Positions 55,764-64,000 of a stretch of DNA of 64,000 nucleotides are shown here, piece after piece. Under the pieces are notes generated by a model that saw only the letters and a list, made by a program, of their open reading frames with translations, was not told the DNA's origin and searched no databases. Position 1 is the stretch's first letter. Each line of letters begins with the position of its first letter. This DNA comes from Candidatus Nanopelagicales bacterium. GTDB taxonomy: Bacteria > Actinomycetota > Actinomycetes > S36-B12 > GCA-2699445. The position numbers and the translations under genes were made by a program. The stretch is taken from the NCBI GenBank assembly GCA_037045355.1, contig JBAOHO010000029.1:139030-203029 (forward strand), written 5' to 3'.

Positions 55764-57122
55764 ATGGCCGATCGCTGCGTCGGGTTCGTGTTCTCGGGTG
55801 GTGGCGCCAAGGGATCGTTCTCCGCCGGAGCAGTCGACTACTTGATTCGCGAGCGGAGCGTACTGCCGAGCATCATCACCGGCACTTCGGCCGGGTCGAT
55901 CTGCGCGGCAGTTCTCGCCCAGGCGCGTTCGGCTGCGGAGTTCTCCGGGCTGGCGGGAGTGCTGCGTGACGACATCATGCGCATGAGCCTCCCCGATGCG
56001 ACTTTCGCGAAGCAGCCCTGGCTCACCGCCCTTGATGGCACCGCGGCCGGCGATGACATCACCAAAGTGATCCGGGGCAAGACCCGACCGGTCATCCCAC
56101 CTGATCCCACGATGTCCGATGACGTGCTGGCGACCGGAGGCCCACCAACCCTGACCTTTCGCCAGGTGTGGGACGACCTGCGCTCATTGGTGACCAACCT
56201 GCCCGCCGAGCACCGCGCATTGAAGAGCCTCGGTTCGGACAATCGCTCGCTGATGCTGCTCGATCCGCTCGAGAAGGCGCTTCGCGGCCAATCACCGGGA
56301 GTGGGTCCGTCACCTATCGACGAAAAGGCGATCGCCAGACCTGATCTGCAGCTGCGCCTCACGATCACAGCTCTCAACGACGGGTGTCCACGATTCGTCA
56401 CGGAATCCGGCGCCGTGGTGGACAGCGACGCCGTGACACCGGCGGAAGGATCCCCGGTCCCAGGCGTGATCGAGGGTCTGCTGGCATCGTCGAGCGTCCC
56501 GGCTGTGTTTCCCGCCCGACCCATCGGATCCGATGTGTACGTCGATGGCGGCGTCGTGATGAACATCCCGCTCGAACCCGCCCTGAGCCTCGGTGCTCAA
56601 GACGTGTTCCTGATCCTGGCCGATCCCCTGGACTGTCCGCCACCGACGTGCGACTACAGTTCGGCGAACCTCTTCGAGGTCCTCACCAGAGCTGAAAGCA
56701 CCGTGTCGTTCTACACCCAACAACACAGCGACGTTGCGCGGTCGCTGTCTTCCGATGTGACCATGACGACGATCGACCCGACAGTGGTCGCGGTGAGCAC
56801 GTTCGAGACCGAAGGGGACCTGCTGCAGATCAACATGGATTACGGCTGGCTCCGGGCCGCCGGCGAGACGTCCGAACTCGCTGAGGCGGATCGCACGACA
56901 GCCCACGGCCTCGCGGACCGCCTCACCATCGGCCGGCTGCGATCCTGGTACTTGGACAATGGATTCGGGGGGTCAGGCGCCGCGCACGACAAGTCAGCAG
57001 TCAGCGCCCGCTCATTGGTGTCGGATTCACTGTCGCAGTGGACGGCACTCGGCTTGCCGGTGCCCGCCACGGCATCGAGTTGGGCCACAAAACCGACGCC
57101 GACACCGAAGCCGGCACGCTGA
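55764..57122 (+). CDS. patatin-like phospholipase family protein with ~200-aa C-terminal extension
   Basis: Contains the oxyanion GGGAKGSFSAG, the nucleophile elbow GTSAGS and the catalytic DGG (YVDGGVVMNIP); 452 aa. Confidence 0.85.
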   Translation: MADRCVGFVFSGGGAKGSFSAGAVDYLIRERSVLPSIITGTSAGSICAAVLAQARSAAEFSGLAGVLRDDIMRMSLPDATFAKQPWLTALDGTAAGDDITKVIRGKTRPVIPPDPTMSDDVLATGGPPTLTFRQVWDDLRSLVTNLPAEHRALKSLGSDNRSLMLLDPLEKALRGQSPGVGPSPIDEKAIARPDLQLRLTITALNDGCPRFVTESGAVVDSDAVTPAEGSPVPGVIEGLLASSSVPAVFPARPIGSDVYVDGGVVMNIPLEPALSLGAQDVFLILADPLDCPPPTCDYSSANLFEVLTRAESTVSFYTQQHSDVARSLSSDVTMTTIDPTVVAVSTFETEGDLLQINMDYGWLRAAGETSELAEADRTTAHGLADRLTIGRLRSWYLDNGFGGSGAAHDKSAVSARSLVSDSLSQWTALGLPVPATASSWATKPTPTPKPAR

Positions 57123-57125
57123 CCG

Positions 57126-57704
57126 TTGGAGCAGGACATGGGCTACTGGGTCTCGATCCACGGTCGTCGTTTCGGACCCCACTCCGGGGGTCAGATCAGG
57201 ACCATGCTCCACTCCGGCCAGATCCCGGGCGCGGCCGAAGTCTGGATTCCGGCCGAGAGCAGGTGGATTCCGGCGCCCGAGCTCGCTCCAACGATTGCGC
57301 AGGTGAATACCGGGGCAGCCACGCTGTCCAGCGGCATTCCAGCAGCCGCAGGATCATCGGTCGACCACGTCCCCATCGGAATTCCTGGGTCCGACATGGC
57401 ATCACACGCTCCCGGGCGACCATTCACTGCGCGATTCAACCCGCTTGCCGTCACCTGCTTGGTACTGGCTCTGGTCAGTCTGCCCCTGCTGGCTGTCGTC
57501 GTCGGTTTCGCGATCGCCGTGCTCGCCGTCGTTGTGGGCCACCGAGCACTGAACACGATCGAGCGCTCCCGCGCGAACCCAGTGCCGCAACGGGGCACGA
57601 CATTGGCAGTGATCGGCTTGATCGTCGGTTACCTCAGCATCTGTGTGGGCGCCGTCGTGATGGTGCCCGCCATGCTTGCGCTGCCGATCCTGAACGCGGG
57701 CTGA
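57126..57704 (+). CDS. GYF_2-like N-domain + DUF4190-like membrane domain protein
   Basis: Starts 3 nt after the patatin stop. The N-terminus GYWVSIHGRRFGPHSGGQIRTMLHSGQIPGAAEVWIPAESRWIPAPEL is GYF-like. The C-terminus has two TM helices flanking ...VVVGHRALNTIERS.... Confidence 0.65.
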   Translation: MEQDMGYWVSIHGRRFGPHSGGQIRTMLHSGQIPGAAEVWIPAESRWIPAPELAPTIAQVNTGAATLSSGIPAAAGSSVDHVPIGIPGSDMASHAPGRPFTARFNPLAVTCLVLALVSLPLLAVVVGFAIAVLAVVVGHRALNTIERSRANPVPQRGTTLAVIGLIVGYLSICVGAVVMVPAMLALPILNAG

Positions 57705-57766
57705 CCCGGATGACGCGTGGAGGCAGGGGTTGCTCAGCTCCGCCGTGTCACCGTCGGCGGTCGTCG

Positions 57767-58510
57767 TCACTGCGGGAGCTGCATGACTGCGTTTCCGACC
57801 CGCGTCCCGTCTCCCCGATAGGCGAAGAGCGACAGGCGCCCACCTGGCCGCGAATCGGGAACCGCGATCACAACCGGTCGGGAGGACGCAGCAGGCACGG
57901 TGACGATTCCGGTACGAGCCTCGGATCCGATGGCGGCCTTGGCCCGTGAACCCCCCGGGGAGACGTATCCGCGTGCTCCCACCTCCACGGCGCGCCCCGA
58001 CTCGTTGATCACTGCGGCTGTGATTCTCAGGTCGTCGTCGGTGTTGCGGTACTGGTAGCGAACTCGGACCACGATCGGTCCCAGTTGACCATTCACCGGT
58101 GGGCCCCCGACGATCCGAGCGGCCAGCGGGCCACCCGGATCCGAAGTCCAGGCCTCCAGCCGGTCCCGTCGGTCGAATGCGAAGTCGCGGAAGTAGTACT
58201 CGGTTCCGTCGGAGTAGCGGATGGTGGCCATGTCAGTGGAGGCGACGACTGAAGGGCTGTCTGTATCGACACGTCCAGCCGCCAAGGTCTCACCCCAGTA
58301 GCCCGCGAAGTCGCGCGCTGGTGAACCGGGTGCCGACTGTCGTCGCATCGCCCGCACATCGTTGTCCGCCCAGGCATCGAGGTAACCCACGGCCTTCGTG
58401 GGCTGTGCGGATTCGGTGGCGCTCAGCGTCGTCGCAGGCAGCACGTTCTGCGATTCGGCGCAGGCCGACAGTCCGAGCGCCAGTGTGGCGACGACGAGTC
58501 CCCTGATCAT
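57767..58510 (-). CDS. lipoprotein, function unknown
   Basis: ATG 58510 gives the lipobox MIRGLVVATLALGLSACA; 247 aa; no recognised domain. Confidence 0.55.
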   Translation of the reverse strand: MIRGLVVATLALGLSACAESQNVLPATTLSATESAQPTKAVGYLDAWADNDVRAMRRQSAPGSPARDFAGYWGETLAAGRVDTDSPSVVASTDMATIRYSDGTEYYFRDFAFDRRDRLEAWTSDPGGPLAARIVGGPPVNGQLGPIVVRVRYQYRNTDDDLRITAAVINESGRAVEVGARGYVSPGGSRAKAAIGSEARTGIVTVPAASSRPVVIAVPDSRPGGRLSLFAYRGDGTRVGNAVMQLPQ

Positions 58511-58600
58511 CGGTCCCTCCACTCGGCGAACCTTAGCCCTCACTCCTTTGAGCACGGGTGACCTGCACCAGCACGCCTGATCACTCCCCAGCCCAATGGT

Positions 58601-60574
58601 TCAGCGCAGGGCACGGCAGGTCGAATTGCCCTTCACCTTGTTGCCGCGACCCTTGTCGATCACGTTGGCGCGCTCGTTCTGCAGACAGTCACCGCGACGA
58701 TCCCGCCCGATGTAGTTGTGCACGACCTTGTTGTCCTTTGTCTTCGACTTCAAGGTGACGCCGGGGCCGTCATTGCCGCTGATGAGCTTGGACACCTGAC
58801 CCTTACCGCTGTAGCCGAGGACGTTGTTGCGCGCCTTTCCGGAGACGAGAACACCACCGAGTTCGTTGCCGACGAGGGGCCAAGAGGAGCCCTTGTGGAT
58901 GCCTTGGATGTTGGATCCGATGAACGTGTCGAACACCTTGTTGTGGTGAGCTTCGCCCTTGATCACCAGACCGTAGCGGTCGTTGCCCGACAGTGTGTTC
59001 TGGCGGATGACCGACCTCAGGTCGCCACCGATGGTGTTGTGATGGGCCTTGTCGGTGACGAGAATCCCGTTGGCCCCGTTGGACAGGACTCCGTCACCTC
59101 GGGTGTTCAGTCCGACGATGTTGGGGTCCACCGTGACGTCGGTGGCCCGACCGCCGATCTCGATTCCGTTGCCGTCATTGCCGGAGAACACATTCGTACG
59201 CAGCAGGATGTCGCCTCCGGTCGCTGTGACCAGGATCCCGTTCTCGCCGTTCGGAGCGGCACCCTTGAAGGCCAGCAGACCCCCGAAAGTGTTGAAGGTG
59301 GTGAAGCCTCCGGCCTTGCCCTTGACCACGATGCCGTTCTCCGTGTTCCCGGCGATGACATTGCCCAACGGGATCACTCCGCCGACCTGCGTGTCTGTCG
59401 AGTCACCATCGACGACCAAGCCGTTGCCGCCGTTGCCCAGCAGTGTCGTGTTGTCGGCTGCCACACCGAAGAAGTTCGCCTGGACGACCGTTCCGTCCGA
59501 GTTCGAGATCCGCAGCCCGTTCTTCCCGTTGTCACTCAGGATGTTGTAGTAGACGAAGGGGTCGTCCTGGAACCGGCATCCTTGCAGCTTGTTGTCGTCG
59601 GAGTCCTCGATCAGCACGCCATTGCCGCGATTGCCCAGACCATCGTCTCCGCCGGCTGTCGTACCGATGAAGTTCCCGTTCAGCACGTTCCGGCTGGAAC
59701 TGTCGCTGATCGTGACGCCCTGCCGCTCGTTACCCGACACCAGATTGCCCAGCGGCGGCACGACGAACACCGGTGTGGTGGATCCCTCTGAACCGGTGGG
59801 GTTGTTCGACTGGCCGGTAGCCGAGTCGGTGAACGCGCGCCCGCCGATGGTGTTGCGGGTGGACTTGTCGGCGAGGGTTATGCCGTCGATGCCGTTGGGA
59901 ACCGCCGTCGCCCCCGCCGGGTCGGTGCCGATGTAGTTCGCCTGGACCGTGTTCTGCGACGACCGGACCATCCGGATGCCGCTACCTTCATTTCCGGAGA
60001 TGACGTTGCTGACGGCGCCCGAGACTTCGGCGGTGTTGCCACCGATCATGTTGGCACCCGAGCCTCTGGCCAGCTCGACACCATCGCCGCCGTTGCCCGC
60101 TGCCACTCCAGCGGGTGTCAGACCGATGTAGTTGCTCGCCAACACAACGCCCGAGCCGAGAATCTGCACTCCGTCGCCAGATGCCCCGGTGACGGACAGG
60201 GCGGACATGCTCCCGGTCGCGGCAGTCCCGAAAACCAGTCCTCCGTGGCCGTTGGCGTCGATCTGTACCAACGGTGGCCCACCGGAGACGTACGTCGGCG
60301 CTGTCGTGCCATCGATGACCACATCACTGGTGATGTCGGGCAGGGCGGAGGTCAAGGCGATACGTCCAGTGACGCCGAACTGAATGGTGAACGGGCCACC
60401 GGCCGTGTTCGCCTGCATGATCGCATCGCGCAGTGAACCGGGGCCGCTGTCTGCGACGGTCGTGACCATGGCGGACCCCGTCGCGGCATTGGCGGTCACA
60501 TATGGCACTGTTGCCAGCCCACTGGCGAGAACCGCGAAAGATCCGATGAGGGCGGTCGTTGAGGTACGGCGCAC
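58601..60574 (-). CDS. secreted right-handed parallel beta-helix repeat protein
   Basis: Signal peptide MRRTSTTALIGSFAVLASGLATVPYVTANA. The N-terminal motif is DSGPGSLRDAIMQAN. It is followed by more than 15 repeats of the pattern N.I.GN...GI.I....N.V..N.IG. Confidence 0.75.
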   Translation of the reverse strand: MRRTSTTALIGSFAVLASGLATVPYVTANAATGSAMVTTVADSGPGSLRDAIMQANTAGGPFTIQFGVTGRIALTSALPDITSDVVIDGTTAPTYVSGGPPLVQIDANGHGGLVFGTAATGSMSALSVTGASGDGVQILGSGVVLASNYIGLTPAGVAAGNGGDGVELARGSGANMIGGNTAEVSGAVSNVISGNEGSGIRMVRSSQNTVQANYIGTDPAGATAVPNGIDGITLADKSTRNTIGGRAFTDSATGQSNNPTGSEGSTTPVFVVPPLGNLVSGNERQGVTISDSSSRNVLNGNFIGTTAGGDDGLGNRGNGVLIEDSDDNKLQGCRFQDDPFVYYNILSDNGKNGLRISNSDGTVVQANFFGVAADNTTLLGNGGNGLVVDGDSTDTQVGGVIPLGNVIAGNTENGIVVKGKAGGFTTFNTFGGLLAFKGAAPNGENGILVTATGGDILLRTNVFSGNDGNGIEIGGRATDVTVDPNIVGLNTRGDGVLSNGANGILVTDKAHHNTIGGDLRSVIRQNTLSGNDRYGLVIKGEAHHNKVFDTFIGSNIQGIHKGSSWPLVGNELGGVLVSGKARNNVLGYSGKGQVSKLISGNDGPGVTLKSKTKDNKVVHNYIGRDRRGDCLQNERANVIDKGRGNKVKGNSTCRALR

Positions 60575-60683
60575 GATGTCTCCGATCCTGGGTGATCTTC
60601 AGGCTGTCACACTAGCCGTGCATTCCCCGGCTGAGCGGGCGCACGATGGATTAGCCACCAATGGCCGACGAGATCAGGGAGCG

Positions 60684-61028
60684 ATGATGACAACGAGCCA
60701 AGTGGATGAATCGGTGGCACGGACTGGGGTGTGGTCCGAACTTCCCATTCCGGCGGAAGCGACCACGTCAAGGGTCGTGGTGAACAACAAACTTCTGCGC
60801 GTGGTGCAGTTCGCCATGGACACGGGCCAGGAGCTCACCGACCACGCATCCCCACGAGCCGTCACCGTGCAGATGATGCAGGGCGACTTGAGTTTCACGG
60901 TGGGAACGGATCAGTACCTACTGACTGCCGGCGACGTCGTCTACTTGGCTCCCGGCGAGCGGCACGCGCTGGTCGCGCAGACACCCTGTCGGTTCACCTT
61001 GGTCCTCGTCGATCAGGACCGCGACTGA
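60684..61028 (+). CDS. cupin domain protein
   Basis: ATG 60684 follows AGGGA; 114 aa with ...HASPRAVTVQMMQGDLSFTVG...LLTAGDVVYLAPGERHAL.... The ORF-track start 60384 overlaps the beta-helix gene start region. Confidence 0.7.
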   Translation: MMTTSQVDESVARTGVWSELPIPAEATTSRVVVNNKLLRVVQFAMDTGQELTDHASPRAVTVQMMQGDLSFTVGTDQYLLTAGDVVYLAPGERHALVAQTPCRFTLVLVDQDRD

Positions 61029-61079
61029 CCGCGATTCACACGCCACCGCCCGGAAAGCCTCACCGCCCGGAAAGCCCGG

Positions 61080-63743
61080 CTATTGATCGAGGCCCGCCGC
61101 TTTGATGGCCTTGATGATGTCCTCACCGGTCGGATCGCCGACCTCCACGAATGCAGCCGGCGTCCCGATGGGGGCATCCACGGTGACCATCCGATCGCCC
61201 CGGAACACCTCGCCGGTCAGGATGTGTCGCCACTCGCCAGGAGGGAACGTGACATCCACGGTCGTGGCGTCCTCTTCGTACACCGGTGCCACAAACAGGT
61301 GATCACCCAAGAAGAACTGCAGGTCCTGACGCGCTGCCTTGCTCCCCGGATACACGAGCCACGTGTGACGCCGCGCGGGGATGCCACGCTCGATGGCTTC
61401 ATCGATGACGCCGGCGCGGTACTTGTGCAAGGCGGCATAAATCTGCGACGAACGAGCGAACTGCTGCCGGGTGGTCGCAGTGCTGTAGATCTGCTGGTTG
61501 CGCCGCGGACGGTTGGTTTCGTGCGAACGCATCACGACACCGAATGCCTCGAGTTCACCCCAGCGCGCATTGAGGTTCGGCGGGCGGATGAAGTCGGTGA
61601 CTCCGGTGTTGACGCTCGTATAGCCACCGATGTCGCTGTGCCACAAGGGAGCACCGGACACGCCCCCGGCCAACATTCCCTTGATCACGCTCTTCAGGCC
61701 ATCCTCGACCGCGTAGTTGACCATCTGGTCTCCGGCCCACATCAGTGGGGCGTACTTGGGGCTGCCGGTGTAGCCGGAGCGGAAGAACGCCACGCAATCG
61801 GGAACACCACCGCGCTTGCAGCCCTCGCGCACTGTCTTGGCCCACAACTGCGGATACCGATTGTGCTGCTGCATTCCGGTTCCCTCATGCAGGACGCTGT
61901 CGAAAGGCAGGTACTCACCGAAGTCGGCCATGAAACCGGACGCTCCGACCCCGAGGAGGTTGTCAGCGATGATGTCTGCGTACCAGTCACGAGCGGCGGG
62001 ATTGGTGAGATCGACCATCGCCGTCGGGAAGCCCACGGTTTGCACGATGTAGGTCTGCCCCAGTTGGTTCTTGACCAGGTATCCCTTGCGTTCCCCGATC
62101 TTCAGGTAGTTCTTGATCGGGTGGCCGTTGACCTCGCCGGCGTCGATGACGGACGGGTTGATGTAGGTCATCACCTTGATGCCCTGCTTGTCGAAATCCT
62201 TGACCATCTTGTTCCAGCCGGGGTAGGTGGATCGGTCGAGCTGCCAGGTCCACCACAGTTGCTCACCGAAGTCGGTGACCCGCTTGCCCACCCAGTCCTG
62301 AAGCCACACGCCGGAGATCTTGGTCTTCGCCGCCTGCATGTCTGCGACGATCTGACGAACCGCATCGGTGCCGCCCTGCAATCCCAGGACTGCACCTCGC
62401 TGAATCCATCCGGCCAACTCGGGCCGCTTGGTTCCGGCGGCCCGGGCCGCAATCAGTTTCTTCGGAGTGCCGGCGGCCTGTACCCGCGCGTTCATGACCG
62501 GTTGGAACGACTCGAGTGCGATCTGTGTGGACCGACGCATGTCGACCGTCGCGAAAGCCCCGCTGCGCAGATCATCCACCAACTCGAACGATCGCTTCTG
62601 GGCAGTGACATAACTGGGCCACGGCGCGTAGGTGGTGTTCAGGTTCCCCGCACCCCACGTGGCGAAGTCGACGATGCGCGCGGCCGGTTCCTCACCTCGG
62701 GTCACGCCCTGCTCCTGGACGAGGATCGGGATGATCTCACCAGACAGGTCAAACGGGCGGAACTGCTCGCCGAGACCGTGCACCGCTGCATCGCGACCCC
62801 GCCCGGAGGTCAGTTGCACACTGTCCACGCGTCGGCCGGTACTCGTCCTGGCGAAGCGGACCGAGATATCCAGTGCAGTCACAGTTCTCGAACGCTGGGC
62901 GGATTTGAATGCGACGGTGTAGCGGGCGCTTTCGCCGCTGCCTCGAACCTTGCCGCTGATGGTCACTGAGTTCCCGGAGCGTTCGACATCGCCGATGGAT
63001 TGCCTCGTCAGTCGCGCCGAGCGTTCGACGTCCGGCCAGAACGCACCGGCTTTCGACCGGCTGTACCAATTGACCGTGTTCCGACTGGCCCCCACGAACG
63101 CCCGTCCCGGGTCGCTGGCCCACACAACTCTGCCACGTCGATCGGTGACGGTGACGCCCACTCCCCGCTGTCCCCGAGGAGACCCGTTGCCCGGTACGCC
63201 TGCCGTGACCCGCACCCGGTAGGCACCCAGATTGAGGGTGCTCTGCGCACGGGGACTGACGGTCAGGCGACCGGGCACCATCGGGTCGTACTCGTCCGGC
63301 GGCACCGTGTCGCCGTAGTTGACGGTCACCACCGCGACGGAACTCACGATCCTGGGTTGCCCGTTCGCCGCCGGCGCAACGGCGCGCACCCGGTAGTCAT
63401 CCCCCGTGTATGCCTTCCATGTACCGGTCGCACGTCCGGAGGCATCGGTCTGGACCCGGTCGGTGGTAGTCCAGCCACTGTTGGTCCACCGGATCTGGAG
63501 TTCGATGTCACGCCGGGCTGCCGGGGTGATCTGAACGGTCGCGGAGTTCTCGTCGCCGACCAGTGTCGTGGCGGACGCGACGGTGATGGCGAGGTCGGAC
63601 GCGGCGGCGTTCACCGCGCGTTCCTCGCCAACGGAGGCCGCCGAAGTCGATACCGAGACGGCGCCGAGCGCCAGAGATACGCCGAGCACCGCGAACAGAA
63701 GTCGCTGGTGCCACCGAGATGGTCCTTGCCGTGTCGTCCACAT
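61080..63743 (-). CDS. secreted glycoside hydrolase family 31 enzyme with N-terminal Ig-like module
   Basis: ATG 63743 gives a signal peptide (MWTTRQGPSRWHQRLLFAVLGVSLALGAVSVSTSAAS). GH31 motifs are present: WLQDWVG, GFMADFGEYLP (nucleophile Asp context), HNRYPQLW and LMWAGDQ. The start is uncertain (63743, 63770 or 63902). Confidence 0.85.
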   Translation of the reverse strand: MWTTRQGPSRWHQRLLFAVLGVSLALGAVSVSTSAASVGEERAVNAAASDLAITVASATTLVGDENSATVQITPAARRDIELQIRWTNSGWTTTDRVQTDASGRATGTWKAYTGDDYRVRAVAPAANGQPRIVSSVAVVTVNYGDTVPPDEYDPMVPGRLTVSPRAQSTLNLGAYRVRVTAGVPGNGSPRGQRGVGVTVTDRRGRVVWASDPGRAFVGASRNTVNWYSRSKAGAFWPDVERSARLTRQSIGDVERSGNSVTISGKVRGSGESARYTVAFKSAQRSRTVTALDISVRFARTSTGRRVDSVQLTSGRGRDAAVHGLGEQFRPFDLSGEIIPILVQEQGVTRGEEPAARIVDFATWGAGNLNTTYAPWPSYVTAQKRSFELVDDLRSGAFATVDMRRSTQIALESFQPVMNARVQAAGTPKKLIAARAAGTKRPELAGWIQRGAVLGLQGGTDAVRQIVADMQAAKTKISGVWLQDWVGKRVTDFGEQLWWTWQLDRSTYPGWNKMVKDFDKQGIKVMTYINPSVIDAGEVNGHPIKNYLKIGERKGYLVKNQLGQTYIVQTVGFPTAMVDLTNPAARDWYADIIADNLLGVGASGFMADFGEYLPFDSVLHEGTGMQQHNRYPQLWAKTVREGCKRGGVPDCVAFFRSGYTGSPKYAPLMWAGDQMVNYAVEDGLKSVIKGMLAGGVSGAPLWHSDIGGYTSVNTGVTDFIRPPNLNARWGELEAFGVVMRSHETNRPRRNQQIYSTATTRQQFARSSQIYAALHKYRAGVIDEAIERGIPARRHTWLVYPGSKAARQDLQFFLGDHLFVAPVYEEDATTVDVTFPPGEWRHILTGEVFRGDRMVTVDAPIGTPAAFVEVGDPTGEDIIKAIKAAGLDQ

Positions 63744-63846
63744 CACGGACCCAACGCTAGTCGTCGGCATCGGCCATGTCCCGCGCTGTCGCGGCAGACG
63801 CGCCACTGCTCGACCTCGGCAATACGCTGTGGCCGTGGCCACAGCA

Positions 63847-64000
63847 ATGGCGGATCTGCGCGCACTGATCGCCAGTCGGCACAACCTGATCCTCGTCGAC
63901 ACCCGTGACGAGGAGTCGTTGCGGACCGTCGTTTCCGACGTCGCCCGGCAGTTGCAGATGCCGGTCTGGGAATGGACTCCAGCGGCCGGGCTGAGCGTGC
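63847..64000 (+). CDS. 5' end of a probable AAA+ ATPase (truncated by window end)
   Basis: ATG 63847 opens a frame reading MADLRALIASRHNLILVDTRDEESLRTVVSDVARQLQMPVWEWTPAAGLSV. This resembles N-termini of a family of actinobacterial AAA ATPases I recall. Only 51 codons are visible. Confidence 0.4.
   Translation, partial: MADLRALIASRHNLILVDTRDEESLRTVVSDVARQLQMPVWEWTPAAGLSV

Noticed and set aside
55764-57122. Patatin as a CBASS/other defence-system effector
   Set aside because: No CD-NTase, SMODS, SAVED, STING or NTPase sensor gene is adjacent. The neighbours are a GYF/DUF4190 membrane protein and a deacetylase.
58718-59791. 357-aa plus-strand ORF, and similar antisense ORFs at 16098-16997, 28794-29675, 30837-31805 and 33849-34736
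   Set aside because: Each is the mirror of a strongly supported gene (beta-helix protein, LuxR regulator, nadE, MFS, CoA-transferase). These are high-GC third-position effects.
61083-62969. 628-aa plus-strand ORF
   Set aside because: It is antisense to the GH31 gene, whose catalytic motifs lie on the minus strand. It is a shadow ORF.
61080-63743. Calling the GH31 enzyme a sulfoquinovosidase (YihQ)
   Set aside because: It shares the QDW.G-type motif. However, the segment after it (GKRVTDFGEQLWWTW) does not obviously present the Arg..Trp sulfonate-binding pair as I remember it for YihQ. No sulfoglycolysis genes are nearby. This cannot be decided without an alignment.

Overview
High-GC, Actinomycetota-type chromosomal segment. 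The backbone is the conserved lipoate / nitrogen-assimilation neighbourhood known from mycobacteria (Rv2215-Rv2230c order, recalled from memory). In window order it reads: sucB(partial), yfcH-like SDR, lipB, lipA, DUF4191, glnA, RDD, glnE, glnA2, nadE, panB. It continues with npdG, a family III CoA-transferase, map, ppgK, RNase P RNA, then Nif3 / zinc-ribbon / RNB ribonuclease and a DUF2786 / metallohydrolase / DUF4349 group. Main non-backbone observations: (1) About 14.5 kb (6153-20730) lies between the DUF4191 gene and glnA. It consists almost entirely of exported proteins: a propeller protein, an M23 peptidase, a tandem-Ig protein, a collagen-like protein, a lipoprotein, a GH64 glucanase with CBM6 modules, a metallophosphoesterase and a large orphan protein. 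A 1005-aa LAL/LuxR regulator is also present. No integrase, transposase or tRNA is visible. (2) Two related tandem minisatellite arrays (25 bp x5 at 3024-3148; about 22 bp x9 at 22435-22630) share a CCGCGGGT core and sit upstream of lipA and in the glnA/RDD divergent region. (3) I count by eye roughly two dozen reading-frame breaks, clustered in about 11 genes, while many 2-3 kb genes are intact. This is either real gene decay or assembly indels, and I cannot tell which without reads. Affected genes include the GH64 locus, an MFS transporter, glnE, a YdeP/FdhF-like molybdoenzyme, Nif3, the zinc-ribbon gene and the RNB gene. (4) A candidate GlnR box lies upstream of glnA, there are two GGDEF cyclases, and a polysaccharide-related cluster (beta-helix protein, cupin, GH31) lies near the 3' end. 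No CRISPR array, tRNA, rRNA or recognisable mobile element was found. All family assignments come from motif recognition in the supplied translations, not from database searches.
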